From an uncultured Planctomycetales bacterium (GTDB lineage Bacteria > Omnitrophota > Gorgyraeia > Zapsychrales > Fredricksoniimonadaceae): a DNA stretch of 64,000 bases. The translations under genes and the position numbers were made by a program. Location of the stretch: positions 339,089 through 403,088 of the forward strand of contig CAZNDZ010000002.1 of assembly GCA_964572155.1 (NCBI GenBank), in the 5' to 3' direction. Under the pieces are notes generated by a model that worked only from the letters and a program-made list of their open reading frames with translations, searched no databases and was not told the DNA's origin. Positions 42,089-53,013 of the stretch are shown here, piece by piece (the first letter of the stretch is position 1; each line of letters begins with the position of its first letter).

Positions 42089-43485
42089 GGGTCAATGAGC
42101 TTGCGGCCGAATTCTAATAAATCCTTGGCACGCTTGAGGCTTTTAGCTTCCGAGTAAATGCGCACCAACGGTTCTGTGCCCGATGGACGAAACATCAACC
42201 AGTCTTCATTGGCGCAGGTTAATTTAACACCATCAAAATCTTTAACCTCAACCACGTCTTTGCCTAAGACGGACTTTACTTGTTTTAATTTATTTAAATC
42301 AACTCGTCTTGAATCCATGGCATAATCCAGACGTTGATAATAATAACGGCCGAATTCTTTTTCCATGTCATCTAAGAGTTGTTTAAAATTGCGTTTATTG
42401 TAAACCATCATCTCAAGTAACAATAAACCCGCCAAACTGCCATCGCGTTCTGGGATATAATTTGGTAAGCCCATGCCACCGGCTTCTTCCCCACCAGCCA
42501 CAATGGGTTGGCTCACCATCAAATCAGAAATATATTTAAAACCAACGGGGGTTTCATATAATTTACGATTTAATTTTTTGGCAATATGATCGAGCATGGT
42601 TGTGCCGCACAATGTTTTGATCACGCCCCCTTGCACCTTGCGATTACGCGCTAAGTGCAAGATCAATAAACCTAAAATGCGTTGTGGGGAAACAAATTCA
42701 CCACCCGTTGCAACAGCGGCAATGCGATCAGCATCACCGTCGAGCACGAGGCCTAAATCAATCTTTTCTTTTTTCATGCGACCCATGATCCCTTCCAAAC
42801 ATTCTGGAATAGGCTCAGGTTTGCTACCGTCGAATCCTGGATTAATATCACTGCGCATGATCTCCAAGCGGACACTGGTACCTTTTAAGATATCGGCCAT
42901 CAACGTGCCACCGGATCCGTGCATAACATCGGTCAATACTTTATATTTTGCGGATTTAATCTTCTTTAAATCTAAATATTTGCGAATAAAAGCCACATAA
43001 GCTTTTTTAAAATCATGCATGACAATTAAGTCATTGGATTTTTTTACGTCACTCGCACCCAAATAAGATTCAACAACACCTGTAATATCTTTAGGAGCAG
43101 CGCCGCCTTGTGCGGTTTTAATTTTGATGCCGTTAAACTTAGCAGGATTGTGGCTAGCGGTGATCATGATGCCGCATACACCATTTAAGAGCGTGACGCC
43201 ATAGCTTAACGCCGGCGTTGGCAGGGACGCACCGGACAAATAAACCTTTATGCCATTGCCCGATAAGACTTCCGCAAATGTACGGGCATATTCGGCAGAT
43301 AAGAAACGATTGTCATACCCGACGGCAACTTTCTTTTCTGAAAACTGTGTATTGTTTTTATAAACCCAGTCAGCTGTTGCTTGTGCCACGATGCGCACAT
43401 TTTCAAATGTGAACGTATCTGAAATCACCGCACGCCAACCATCGGTTCCAAATTTAATGACTTGCTTAGGATCTGCCATATACAA
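42085..43485 (-). CDS. Alpha-D-phosphohexomutase family enzyme (phosphomannomutase / phosphoglucomutase type).
   Basis: GIMITASHNP active-site serine loop. GYDNRF. DGDADR metal loop. Confidence 0.8.
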   Translation of the reverse strand: MYMADPKQVIKFGTDGWRAVISDTFTFENVRIVAQATADWVYKNNTQFSEKKVAVGYDNRFLSAEYARTFAEVLSGNGIKVYLSGASLPTPALSYGVTLLNGVCGIMITASHNPAKFNGIKIKTAQGGAAPKDITGVVESYLGASDVKKSNDLIVMHDFKKAYVAFIRKYLDLKKIKSAKYKVLTDVMHGSGGTLMADILKGTSVRLEIMRSDINPGFDGSKPEPIPECLEGIMGRMKKEKIDLGLVLDGDADRIAAVATGGEFVSPQRILGLLILHLARNRKVQGGVIKTLCGTTMLDHIAKKLNRKLYETPVGFKYISDLMVSQPIVAGGEEAGGMGLPNYIPERDGSLAGLLLLEMMVYNKRNFKQLLDDMEKEFGRYYYQRLDYAMDSRRVDLNKLKQVKSVLGKDVVEVKDFDGVKLTCANEDWLMFRPSGTEPLVRIYSEAKSLKRAKDLLEFGRKLIDP

Positions 43486-43496
43486 CCCTTTCTATG

Positions 43497-44045
43497 CTAC
43501 TGTTTGCGATATAACTGATGTTTCTTAATATAATCAATGACCTTATCGGTTGTCAAATATCGAATCGATTGTTTTGTGCGGATCAATTGCCGAACTTCCG
43601 TCGAGGAAACATTAAACCACAAACGGCTGATCGCCACAAACGATGCAATCTTTATAATCTCATCAAAATTTTTCCACTTAGGGAGCTTTTCAATATGATC
43701 ATCCCCAATGATCCAAAATAACTTTGAAGTTGGATTAATGTTTTGCACTTCGCGCAAGGTATCGATCGAATACGACACGCCCTTGCGTTTGAGTTCCATG
43801 TCGCTGACTTTAAAATAGGGATTATTAGCAATGGCCAATTTGATCATATTCAGGCGATGCTTATCCTGAGAAATGGGCGACCGTGATTTATATGGGGAAT
43901 GAAATACCGGCATGAAGATCACATAATCCAACTTCATCTTCACACGCGCAATTTCTGCCATCAATAAATGACCATGATGGATAGGGCTAAAGGAGCCCCC
44001 AAAAATACCAATGCGTTTTTTACTGGCGAATTTGACCATGGCCAT
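43497..44045 (-). CDS. nadD: Nicotinate-nucleotide adenylyltransferase.
   Basis: IGIFGGSFSPIHHGHL. Start re-set to ATG 44045 (MAMVKF). The track ORF extends to 44204 and overlaps proA. Confidence 0.85.
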   Translation of the reverse strand: MAMVKFASKKRIGIFGGSFSPIHHGHLLMAEIARVKMKLDYVIFMPVFHSPYKSRSPISQDKHRLNMIKLAIANNPYFKVSDMELKRKGVSYSIDTLREVQNINPTSKLFWIIGDDHIEKLPKWKNFDEIIKIASFVAISRLWFNVSSTEVRQLIRTKQSIRYLTTDKVIDYIKKHQLYRKQ

Positions 44046-45273
44046 AGATTTCGTATTTATAGCTACACAAACCTTCCAAGGCCATTGGGCCCCGCACATG
44101 AAGCTTGTCGGTGCTAATACCCACCTCTGCCCCAAAACCAAACTCAAACCCATCGGTAAATCGCGTTGAGGCATTGTGGTATACACACGCGGAATCAACC
44201 GCATTTAAGAATGCCTGCGCTTCTGTTTTACTTTTCGTTACAATCGCATCGGAATGATGTGAGCCATAAGTATTGATATGTTCAACGGCCATATCTAATC
44301 CATCGACCACACGAGCAGATAAAATTAAATCTAAGTATTCGGTAGAATAATCCGCATCCGTGACACGCTTGACTAAGTCTTTGCCAATAGCCTTAACCGC
44401 TTGATCGCCACGAATTTCACAACCTGCTTTTGACAACGCATCAATCATATCTGGTAAAAACTTCTTAGCAATGGCTCGATCAACCAAGAGCGTTTCCATG
44501 GCATTGCATACCCCTGGTTTTTGTGTCTTGGCATTGAGCACAATGTTGCGCGCCATCTTTAGATCGGCGTGACGACTGACATAAACGTGACAGACACCTT
44601 TGAAATGTTTAACCACAGGGATACGGGTATTCTCCGTCACAAAACGGATCAATTCTTCCCCACCACGTGGCACAATCACATCAACGATATTATCTAATTT
44701 CAATAATTCATGCACGGACGTCCTGTCGGTTGATTCAATCAACTGCAGTGCATCAGCCGGAATCTTTGTCTTAGCCAAAGCTTTACGTAAAACAGTATAA
44801 ATCGCACGATTTGAATGCGCTGCTTCTCGCCCGCCTTTTAAGATCGCCGCATTACCAGATTGCAAACACAAGGCCGCACAGTCGCTGGTAACATTAGGAC
44901 GAGATTCAAAGATAATACCAACAACACCTAGAGGCACACGCACCTTCTTAATCAATAAGCCATTAGGACGACGGATTGTTTCTAAAATAGCGCCAATCGG
45001 ATCTTTAAGCTTGGCGGTTTCCTTAACGCCATCGGCCATATCTTTAATGCGTTTTTCATTTAAGGTCAAACGATCGACGAGCGCCTTGACATAGTTGGCC
45101 TTTTTCGCCAAATCTAAATCCTTAGCATTTTCTTTAATAATATAGGCTTGATTGGCAACCAAAGCTTGCGCCATGGCCAGTAGCGCCTTCTGCTTTTCTT
45201 TCGAAGCAACGCTTGCTAAATGAAAGGATGCTCGCTTAGCCGCTTGTGCTGTTTTGAGAATAGATGTGCTCAT
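44020..45273 (-). CDS. proA: Gamma-glutamyl phosphate reductase.
   Basis: 417 aa, aldehyde dehydrogenase fold. FESRPNVT. Adjacent to proB. Confidence 0.88.
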   Translation of the reverse strand: MSTSILKTAQAAKRASFHLASVASKEKQKALLAMAQALVANQAYIIKENAKDLDLAKKANYVKALVDRLTLNEKRIKDMADGVKETAKLKDPIGAILETIRRPNGLLIKKVRVPLGVVGIIFESRPNVTSDCAALCLQSGNAAILKGGREAAHSNRAIYTVLRKALAKTKIPADALQLIESTDRTSVHELLKLDNIVDVIVPRGGEELIRFVTENTRIPVVKHFKGVCHVYVSRHADLKMARNIVLNAKTQKPGVCNAMETLLVDRAIAKKFLPDMIDALSKAGCEIRGDQAVKAIGKDLVKRVTDADYSTEYLDLILSARVVDGLDMAVEHINTYGSHHSDAIVTKSKTEAQAFLNAVDSACVYHNASTRFTDGFEFGFGAEVGISTDKLHVRGPMALEGLCSYKYEIYGHGQIRQ

Positions 45274-46028
45274 TATTTTTTCTCGACAAAATAGGTACCG
45301 ACCGACTCTCGTTTTAATAATCGCAATAATACATCTGGTTCATTCCCTGCTGCAATAAACGACGGTATCCCTGCATGCGTTGTGATTTTAACGGCATCAA
45401 TCTTGGTGATCATGCCGCCTTTGGCAATCTGCACATTGGCCGTGCCGGAAGCCATGGTCACAATCGCAGGTGTGATATCTTCAACAACAGGCAAAACATC
45501 TTTGCGTTGATCATAAAACCCTTTTACATCCGATAAGATCACATACATATCCGCATTAATCAATTCCGCAACCAGCGCTGATAATTTATCATTATCCCCA
45601 AATTTAATTTCTTCCGTCGCTGTTGTGTCATTCTCATTGATGATGGGCACAATTCCTTTTTTGAGGATTGCATCTAAGGTATGCTTGGCATTGGTGGATC
45701 TGGTCTTGTCATCTAAGTCATCGCGGGTCAAAAGCACTTGCGCGCATTTTAAGCGGTATTTCTTTAATAATTCTGCATACAAACGCATGAGTACAGCTTG
45801 GCCAATGGCGGCGCGTGCTTGCAAGGCACCTAAATCAGTTGGACGACGATCTTCATTGAGTTCGCCCATCCCAAGCGCGATCGCACCAGAAGAGACGATC
45901 ACAACCTCTACGCCTTTTTTCTGCAAGACAGCCACTTGCTTGATCAAACGCTTTAGGTCGCCTAACTTTGCCTTCAGCTTTGTATCAACTATTTGACTAG
46001 AACCTAATTTAACAACAATGCGTTTCAT
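45273..46028 (-). CDS. proB: Glutamate 5-kinase (short form without PUA domain).
   Basis: 251 aa. IVVKLGSS amino-acid kinase N-terminus. Confidence 0.85.
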   Translation of the reverse strand: MKRIVVKLGSSQIVDTKLKAKLGDLKRLIKQVAVLQKKGVEVVIVSSGAIALGMGELNEDRRPTDLGALQARAAIGQAVLMRLYAELLKKYRLKCAQVLLTRDDLDDKTRSTNAKHTLDAILKKGIVPIINENDTTATEEIKFGDNDKLSALVAELINADMYVILSDVKGFYDQRKDVLPVVEDITPAIVTMASGTANVQIAKGGMITKIDAVKITTHAGIPSFIAAGNEPDVLLRLLKRESVGTYFVEKK

Positions 46029-46029
46029 C

Positions 46030-46995
46030 TTAGAGTAATTTCCAAATCGCCTTTATAACGTCGTCTAAACCTTGTTTTTCCGCCGCTGATATCGCGATGA
46101 TATCTTTGCCATATTTGCGTTTAAAGCGTGTTAAATTCTTTTTAGCATCTGGCATGTCCATTTTATTGGCAACCAAAATACGATGCTTATGCCTTAATTC
46201 TTCACTATATAAATCCAGCTCGTCACAGATTTTTTCATAATCCTTAACCGGATCACGGCCTTCGCTGCCGGCCATATCAATGACGTGCATTAAAATCTTG
46301 GTGCGTTCACAATGCTTTAAGAACTGATGCCCTAAGCCCTTACCCTCATGAGCCCCTTCGATCAGCCCAGGTAAATCCGCCATGACAAAATTGTCACGTT
46401 TACCTGTTTCATCGACCACGATCCCCAAAACCGGTGATTTGGTGGTGAATTGATAATTGGCAACTTTAGATTTTACCTTACTTACCGCGTTGATCAAAGT
46501 AGATTTCCCAGCATTTGGAAAGCCAACTAAACCCACATCAGCGATAACTTTAAGTTCTAAACGGATGGTGCGCTTCTCACCCATGTGCGGTAATGTTGGG
46601 GTGCGGCCATTGTTATTCCCGCGGCCACCAGCACCACCCTTGGCCACCAAAACCTCGTCGCCATTGGTCACTAGATCACGGATCAATAACTCGGTGTCAT
46701 GATCCCACACCATGGTGCCAACTGGAACACGCAGGACACATTTATCCCCTGTTTTACCCGTCTTATTATTGGAACTCGCATGCCCGCCGCGCTCACCGTT
46801 GTAGTGTTGCTTAAAACGGTAATCTAAGAGGGTATGTAAATTACGATCAGCCTTAATGATAATATCCCCACCAGCGCCGCCATCACCCCCATCAGGATGG
46901 GGATAGCGCATGTATTTATCACGGTAGTGGCTGGAACAGCCTTTACCACCATCTCCGGCGTGAACTTCTATGCGTGCTTGGTCTACGAATGCCAT
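46030..46995 (-). CDS. obg: GTPase Obg/CgtA.
   Basis: Gly-rich Obg fold GGDGGAGGDII. G1 motif GFPNAGKSTL. Start re-set to ATG 46995 (MAFVDQARIEV). Confidence 0.9.
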   Translation of the reverse strand: MAFVDQARIEVHAGDGGKGCSSHYRDKYMRYPHPDGGDGGAGGDIIIKADRNLHTLLDYRFKQHYNGERGGHASSNNKTGKTGDKCVLRVPVGTMVWDHDTELLIRDLVTNGDEVLVAKGGAGGRGNNNGRTPTLPHMGEKRTIRLELKVIADVGLVGFPNAGKSTLINAVSKVKSKVANYQFTTKSPVLGIVVDETGKRDNFVMADLPGLIEGAHEGKGLGHQFLKHCERTKILMHVIDMAGSEGRDPVKDYEKICDELDLYSEELRHKHRILVANKMDMPDAKKNLTRFKRKYGKDIIAISAAEKQGLDDVIKAIWKLL

Positions 46996-47080
46996 GTAAC
47001 ACCTCGAAATAAAAAATCCCAGAGCTCGTCTGACCATCGGTCATCTGAAATTCTGGGATTTTATAAGCTTTCCAAAAATA

Positions 47081-47389
47081 TTAGATTGAAATCGCTTCAA
47101 TCTTGATTTGGGTTAAATCCTGACGATGTCCGTAGGTACGGGCAGAATCTTTACGTTTGCGGTAATGAAACGCCACAACTTTTGGTGCACGTGGGTGAGC
47201 GATAACTTCACCTGTGACCTTGGCACCCTTAACCGCAGGTTGACCAATTTGAACTGTCTTACCGTCGGAAACTAATAACACATCAAAATTAATCTTTTCG
47301 CCAACCTTGGCATCCACGCGGTTTGCGCTAATGGTTTCGCCGATGGCTACTTTGTATTGTTGATTTTTTAATTGGACAACTGCAAACAT
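47081..47389 (-). CDS. rplU: 50S ribosomal protein L21.
   Basis: 102 aa. MFAVVQLKNQQYKV...GHRQDLTQIKI. Confidence 0.9.
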   Translation of the reverse strand: MFAVVQLKNQQYKVAIGETISANRVDAKVGEKINFDVLLVSDGKTVQIGQPAVKGAKVTGEVIAHPRAPKVVAFHYRKRKDSARTYGHRQDLTQIKIEAISI

Positions 47390-47470
47390 GATAAACCCCT
47401 TACGTTAACGTTTCAATAGAAGCACCAATTATACATAAAAAGCCAAAAAGGTCAAAAGGAATATTTGAGC

Positions 47471-48796
47471 TTAGTCAATTTTGACTTTGCCACGGCCTTC
47501 GCAATATGGACAGGCATGGAACTTCAGAGACTCAATGGTTTTCCCTGTTCTAGCACGGGTCATTTCAACCAAGCCCAATTGGGAGATGCGATTGACCTCT
47601 GTTTTGGCATGGTCTCTGAGCAATTCTTCACGCAAGGCACTGACAACTTTACGTTTATGGTCTTCACGGGTCATGTCAATGAAGTCAATGACAATGATAC
47701 CGCCCAAATCGCGCAAACGCAATTGACGGGCAATTTCTGGAGCAGCTTCCATGTTGACCGCAAACGCGGCATCTTCAGGACTACCCTTGGTCTTAAATCG
47801 ACCGCTGTTGACGTCAACAACGATCAACCCTTCCGTTGGTTCTATGACCACATAAGCACCAGACTTTAAATATACTTTTGTTTCATAAATTTTCTCAAGT
47901 TCTTGAGCGACATTCTTATCTTCAAAGATGGGCTTTGGACCTGCATGATAATGAATCTTGTCGACCATTTCTTTACCAGCCAATGTTTCAGCAAACTTGC
48001 GCAGCTTAACATACTCCTCTTGGCTGTCTATGATCAATCGGCTAACTTCGTCTTTAAGCAAATCACGCACGACTTTCCAAATTAAATCATATTCTTTATA
48101 CACCAACGCAGGCGGTTGCTTTTGTTTTCCTAAAGCTCGAATCTTATCCCACATGGCTGTTAAAAACTTAGCATCGCGGGTGATTTCCTTTTCTCCGATA
48201 TCAACCGACGCTGTGCGCACAATAAAACCACCGCTGCGGACAAAATTAAAGGAACGCAAAATATCGCGCAAACGTTGGCGCTCTTCTGGCTTCTCAATCT
48301 TTTTAGAAATACCATTGTTCTTATCGAGTGGCATATAGACGACAAAACGACCCGCCAAACTAATATGCGTCGTCAAACGCGCACCCTTGGTACCAAAAGG
48401 ATCCTTCACCACTTGAACCAAAACTTCTTGATCTTTCTTTAGTGGTATATCATTCTTTGGTTTTGCAGGCGCCGCCCCTTCCACTTTTTTATCTTTGGGG
48501 ATAAACATATTAAGCAAACGCTGCCCCATGGAAGGCTCTTCTTCAATCTTTTCAATATCTTTGAGGAACGGATTATCAGCATCCGTTAAATACAAGAAGC
48601 CGTTTTTTTCCTGACCAATATTAACGAAAGCCCCATTGATCGACGGTAAAATGGATTCCACCTTACCTTTATAAATATTACCCAACATCGATTGATAACG
48701 ATCAAGCTCTATATAAAAATCATCGAGCCTGCCATCTGACAAAATTGCCACACGGCGTTCACCATCTGCCACATGAATTAAAATTTCCTTAGACAC
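47471..48796 (-). CDS. rng: Ribonuclease G (RNase E/G family).
   Basis: 441 aa. N-terminal S1 domain NIYKGKVESILPSINGAFVNIG. DNase-I-like and Zn-link CPYCEGRG. Confidence 0.88.
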   Translation of the reverse strand: MSKEILIHVADGERRVAILSDGRLDDFYIELDRYQSMLGNIYKGKVESILPSINGAFVNIGQEKNGFLYLTDADNPFLKDIEKIEEEPSMGQRLLNMFIPKDKKVEGAAPAKPKNDIPLKKDQEVLVQVVKDPFGTKGARLTTHISLAGRFVVYMPLDKNNGISKKIEKPEERQRLRDILRSFNFVRSGGFIVRTASVDIGEKEITRDAKFLTAMWDKIRALGKQKQPPALVYKEYDLIWKVVRDLLKDEVSRLIIDSQEEYVKLRKFAETLAGKEMVDKIHYHAGPKPIFEDKNVAQELEKIYETKVYLKSGAYVVIEPTEGLIVVDVNSGRFKTKGSPEDAAFAVNMEAAPEIARQLRLRDLGGIIVIDFIDMTREDHKRKVVSALREELLRDHAKTEVNRISQLGLVEMTRARTGKTIESLKFHACPYCEGRGKVKID

Positions 48797-48848
48797 AAAT
48801 ACACTCCTTCTTTAAAGAATTAACGTTCGTTCTTTAGAACAGACAGGG

Positions 48849-50345
48849 TTATTTCTCAGTAACGGCAGCGATGGCTTCTTTCTGCTTACCTGGGATGATG
48901 ATGTGCGGAGTTAAGAAAACTAAGAGTTCAGTTTTTGACTTTACCGTAGAAGTTTTCTTAAATGCTTCGCCAAGGATAGGCATGTCACCTAAAAAGGGCA
49001 CCTTGCCCTTGGTGAACTCTGTTTTATCCTTGATCAACCCTGCAATAACCAATGTCTGTCCATCTTCAATCATGACCTTTGTTCTTGTTTCTTCGACACT
49101 TAATTGAGGCAATGATGTGTTCTCAACCGTCACCGTCCCCGTAATATCCGTAATCACAGGATGTAATTCCAATGTCACCATCCCTGGGTTATTAACGTGT
49201 GGTGTTACCTCAAAAATGATACCGATATCTTTGTACTCCCAACCTGAAACTTGCATCTTACCTTGATCTGCATTATATGTATAATTCGGAATTGGATATT
49301 GGGTTCCAACGACAATCTTTGCTGGTTGATTATCAAGCGTGATGATCTTTGGATTAGATAAAATATTGGTATCTGTTTTACTGCTTAGCATTTGAAAAAC
49401 TGCTGATACTGTGGTCGCATCCAGTGTGCCTAACGTAAAGGTTGAAGTTGGTGCGGCTGCAGGCGCTGGTAACAAATTACTGGCATCAGAAATATTCCAA
49501 GGTAAAGCTAAGGAACGCTTAGAACCTGTGGCACTAGCCTTAATTGCCCAATCAACACCTAATTTATCATCAGTCCCCAGCGTCGTCTCAACAACCTTGG
49601 CTTCAATCAAAACTTGAGGCGTTACGGAATCTAATGTTTTAATGACCGTGTCAATCAACTCTAAGTTGCTTGAAACTTCACGGATAATCAATGCATTGGT
49701 GCGGGCATCAAAGTTAATTGTTCCCTTAGGGCTTTTGATCTTATTAATTGAATCCATGATGTCTGATGCCTTGGCGTAACTTAATAAATAGGTCTTTGTC
49801 ACCAATGGCTCTTGTTCTTGCAGGGCCGCCGTATCTTCGCGATGCTTCTTTAAAGAATCGATCGGCATAACGGTGATGATATTGCCTTGGCGTTCATAGC
49901 CATAACCATACGTCGACAAAATAACATCCAAAGCTTTTTTCCATGGCACATCATTTAATTGAATGGTCACTGTGCCTGTTACTTCTGGCGTGGTCACAAC
50001 GTTTGTCCCGCTCTTATAAGCCAAAACTTTTAATACATTGCGAATATCAACATCTTGAAAATTCAATGAGACCAAACCTGTATCTGCCACAGGTTTTGTA
50101 GTAGCGGCAATTGAGACAGGTTCCTTCGTTGTTGGCGCAACTGCAGGGGCTGTTGTTGCATCTGTCTCTGGCGCTGGCGTACCTGAAAGAGCCACTTCTT
50201 TAACGGAAACATCTTTTTTTACATAGGATGATGTAAAATCAGACATATTATCTAAAGGTTGTGCATTCTTATTATCTTCTGCGAAAACCACCGTCGACAT
50301 TAATAACACACACAACAATATGGAAAATGAGCTTAATCGCATCAT
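48849..50345 (-). CDS. pilQ: Type IV pilus secretin PilQ.
   Basis: Signal peptide. Secretin_N domain. C-terminal secretin domain ending VFLTPHIIIPG. Confidence 0.85.
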   Translation of the reverse strand: MMRLSSFSILLCVLLMSTVVFAEDNKNAQPLDNMSDFTSSYVKKDVSVKEVALSGTPAPETDATTAPAVAPTTKEPVSIAATTKPVADTGLVSLNFQDVDIRNVLKVLAYKSGTNVVTTPEVTGTVTIQLNDVPWKKALDVILSTYGYGYERQGNIITVMPIDSLKKHREDTAALQEQEPLVTKTYLLSYAKASDIMDSINKIKSPKGTINFDARTNALIIREVSSNLELIDTVIKTLDSVTPQVLIEAKVVETTLGTDDKLGVDWAIKASATGSKRSLALPWNISDASNLLPAPAAAPTSTFTLGTLDATTVSAVFQMLSSKTDTNILSNPKIITLDNQPAKIVVGTQYPIPNYTYNADQGKMQVSGWEYKDIGIIFEVTPHVNNPGMVTLELHPVITDITGTVTVENTSLPQLSVEETRTKVMIEDGQTLVIAGLIKDKTEFTKGKVPFLGDMPILGEAFKKTSTVKSKTELLVFLTPHIIIPGKQKEAIAAVTEK

Positions 50346-50701
50346 TATCCTCCTTTTTTGATATTCAATGTAAAACCTTGGCCATCTTTTAGCAAAATCA
50401 CATGATCACTGGCGACAGATTGAACTTGATACGCACCTATCGGATCGCCCACCTTTAATACTTTCCCATTAATAATCACGGCGCTGTTTCCGCCTGGATC
50501 TTCTAGAATGCCTTCCAGTGTCATATCTGATACTGTTAGATCTGAATCATATATTTGCACAGAGCCCGTCGATGTAACCAATGGGTTAAACGGATCGTGC
50601 TTATCATGAGGATCATACACAAAGACATCCTCGGCGAAAGTCACCATTGTATAAAGGATCATCATAGCCACAATAATGCTTAAGGCAATCCCTTTTTTCA
50701 T
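50345..50701 (-). CDS. pilP: Pilus assembly protein PilP-like.
   Basis: 118 aa with signal/TM. DPFNPL motif. A 1-nt overlap with the pilQ ATG, with a GGAGGA RBS. Confidence 0.6.
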   Translation of the reverse strand: MKKGIALSIIVAMMILYTMVTFAEDVFVYDPHDKHDPFNPLVTSTGSVQIYDSDLTVSDMTLEGILEDPGGNSAVIINGKVLKVGDPIGAYQVQSVASDHVILLKDGQGFTLNIKKGG

Positions 50702-51315
50702 TTAACCGCCTCCAAAGGCTTCTCGGCAACAATCACTTTCAATGTGGCTGTAACCGCAATAGGAGCATTCTGCTTATCACTACCTTCCATGCGTAGATCT
50801 TTTACTAAAAACATGATATTCGACGCTTCAAGTGCACTTAAAAATTGTCCGAAATTATGATAGGCACAATGAGCCATGATAACCACAGGTACTGCAAAGT
50901 ATTTAACCCCACCAACGGTTGTAAAATCTTCTTGCCCCTCTCGTGATGGGGTGATCTGATCGATGGTTAGCTGCGCCGCTGCAGCGACTTTACTGATATC
51001 ATCAACTACTAACGACAATTCTTGCACCGGTCGAACTTTTGATTGAATCTTATTAAAATCTTCTTTGAGCTTAACCAAGGATGACTTAATAGACCCAAGC
51101 CTTGCTTGATCTGCTTCAAGTTTAGCAATATCATCGTCAGCTTTCTTAATCCCTGCCGTCATGCCGCTTAAGGTTTTAATTTCAAACTGCATGATTGCAA
51201 AATAATCTATGGCGACAATCAGCAACAAAACTCCAGCAAAAACGCCTAAACGGATCTTTATATCCAGCGCATTAAAACGACCAATGATATCTTCTATTGA
51301 AACTTTACTTGCCAT
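50698..51315 (-). CDS. pilO: Pilus assembly protein PilO-like.
   Basis: 205 aa, single TM plus coiled coil. Position between pilN and pilP. Confidence 0.55.
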   Translation of the reverse strand: MASKVSIEDIIGRFNALDIKIRLGVFAGVLLLIVAIDYFAIMQFEIKTLSGMTAGIKKADDDIAKLEADQARLGSIKSSLVKLKEDFNKIQSKVRPVQELSLVVDDISKVAAAAQLTIDQITPSREGQEDFTTVGGVKYFAVPVVIMAHCAYHNFGQFLSALEASNIMFLVKDLRMEGSDKQNAPIAVTATLKVIVAEKPLEAVK

Positions 51316-51329
51316 ACGTCTCCTAAAAC

Positions 51330-51908
51330 CTATTTTACTTTCGCTGTAATACTAAACTTTGATATGTCAACAATGCCACGCTTTTCACGATTGACATTAT
51401 TAATATCGATAGAACTAAAATCTGTCATAAAGAAAGCATCTTTTCGAAGCGTGCCCACAAAAGCATTTACGGTTGTCATATCACTTTGAACTTTTGACAC
51501 GGCATAACCTTCAATTGTCAGACTCTTTGCATCAACTGTAATCTTTTTTAACCACATCCCCTTGGTAACTGCGTCGCTGATGATGTTAAGCTTGCGCGAC
51601 CAACCCGTAGATTTGGTGACAACCGCATTCTTTATTCCTGTAACCTTATTTCGAATATCGGTCGATTCTTTGTTGATATCGTCAATGGATTTTCGTGCAG
51701 GCTGCATCTTTTCCCAAACAGCTTTTTTGGTTGCAATGACAATGCCTTTGTACCCACAAAATAATCCCAAACCAATATTGGTCAAGATTAACAAGATAAG
51801 AACCGAACCCCCTACTCCTAAGGTTATCTCAGACGGAATATCAATGGATACTGAGGATAATCCTGCTTGCTTACGCATACCTGAGGGCAGTAAGTTAATA
51901 TCGATCAT
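51330..51908 (-). CDS. pilN: Pilus assembly protein PilN.
   Basis: MIDINLLP N-terminus. Single TM. Confidence 0.65.
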   Translation of the reverse strand: MIDINLLPSGMRKQAGLSSVSIDIPSEITLGVGGSVLILLILTNIGLGLFCGYKGIVIATKKAVWEKMQPARKSIDDINKESTDIRNKVTGIKNAVVTKSTGWSRKLNIISDAVTKGMWLKKITVDAKSLTIEGYAVSKVQSDMTTVNAFVGTLRKDAFFMTDFSSIDINNVNREKRGIVDISKFSITAKVK

Positions 51909-52966
51909 GATTTCACCAATCCTAAACCAATGGCCGCACCAAGTTGTGTAGAATAATTCTTAACATCAGAACCTGCAACCGCTGGACTAAACTTTAGATC
52001 ATTTAACGGATCCCAGCGCTTGACCGTGATGCCAATTTGTTTTCCGACGATAGTTTCAATACCAGAAATCAATGACCCACCACCAAATAAAAACAATTCA
52101 TCAATCAAAATGTTGCGTTCTGTCATGAAATAGTCTAAAGACAAACGAATCTCAGCAACCAAATTACTGACCGCCGCTTCACACGCCTCTTGCACTTCCG
52201 GCTTTTGTAAAGATTCTGGATCGAGCTTCAAACTTTCTGCCTTATGCGAATCCACACCTAGGATATTGGCAATTTGCTGGGTGATCTCGTGGCTGCCGAT
52301 AAAAATGTCACGTGTGAATCGAGGAGAGAAATCTTTGACAACAAGCAAACTACTTACAGCACCACCGAAATCTAAAATAGCCTTTGCCTTATCTGTAGTC
52401 GGAGAGACAGGCCCTAAACGTTCAAAAGCATTGGCAACCGCCAACGAATTAACCGTGATGCGATTAAGCGAAACACCCACTTCTTTAAATAAATTAATGC
52501 GCTCATCGACAATTTCTTTCTTTACAGCAACGACCAAGACAGACATTTTTTTATCTTTTGGTCTTTGCTCTAAAATGGCGCAATCGGTGTAAATGGTTTG
52601 AGGGTCGAAGGGGAAATATTTATCAAGTTCAAAAGCAAAAGATTTACGTAAATCTTCTAATGGCATGATTGGCATATCAACATAACGGATTAGTGTTCCT
52701 TTACCAGAAACAGACGTCACCGTCACAACATTGCCTGTAAAACTCACCTTGGATTGCAATTTGACAAGCGCATCTTTTATATTGCCATTCTCTATGCGTT
52801 CAACACCCCACGCACTTAACTCTAAACCCGACGATAGTGGTGAAATCTGCACAGCTTTAACAGCACTTGTCCCAATGTCTATACCAACAACCGGCAAGCG
52901 TGGCGGTTTAGGCACATATTGGTCTAAGAATGAAACGTAGTTTTTAAATAAGTTATTGAAATTCAT
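51905..52966 (-). CDS. pilM: Type IV pilus assembly ATPase-like protein PilM (actin-like fold).
   Basis: 353 aa. VVGIDIGTSAVKAV. GGG...G motifs. Confidence 0.7.
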   Translation of the reverse strand: MNFNNLFKNYVSFLDQYVPKPPRLPVVGIDIGTSAVKAVQISPLSSGLELSAWGVERIENGNIKDALVKLQSKVSFTGNVVTVTSVSGKGTLIRYVDMPIMPLEDLRKSFAFELDKYFPFDPQTIYTDCAILEQRPKDKKMSVLVVAVKKEIVDERINLFKEVGVSLNRITVNSLAVANAFERLGPVSPTTDKAKAILDFGGAVSSLLVVKDFSPRFTRDIFIGSHEITQQIANILGVDSHKAESLKLDPESLQKPEVQEACEAAVSNLVAEIRLSLDYFMTERNILIDELFLFGGGSLISGIETIVGKQIGITVKRWDPLNDLKFSPAVAGSDVKNYSTQLGAAIGLGLVKS

Positions 52967-53013
52967 ATGTTAACGTCATTTTAACAGACAAAAATAAAAA
53001 TACGCGAAACAAA

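Noticed and set aside
48797-48848. Palindromic ttctttaaagaa / gttctttagaac motifs between pilQ and rng, considered as a terminator.
   Set aside because: They are AT-rich, weak stems without a clear U-run. The call is ambiguous.
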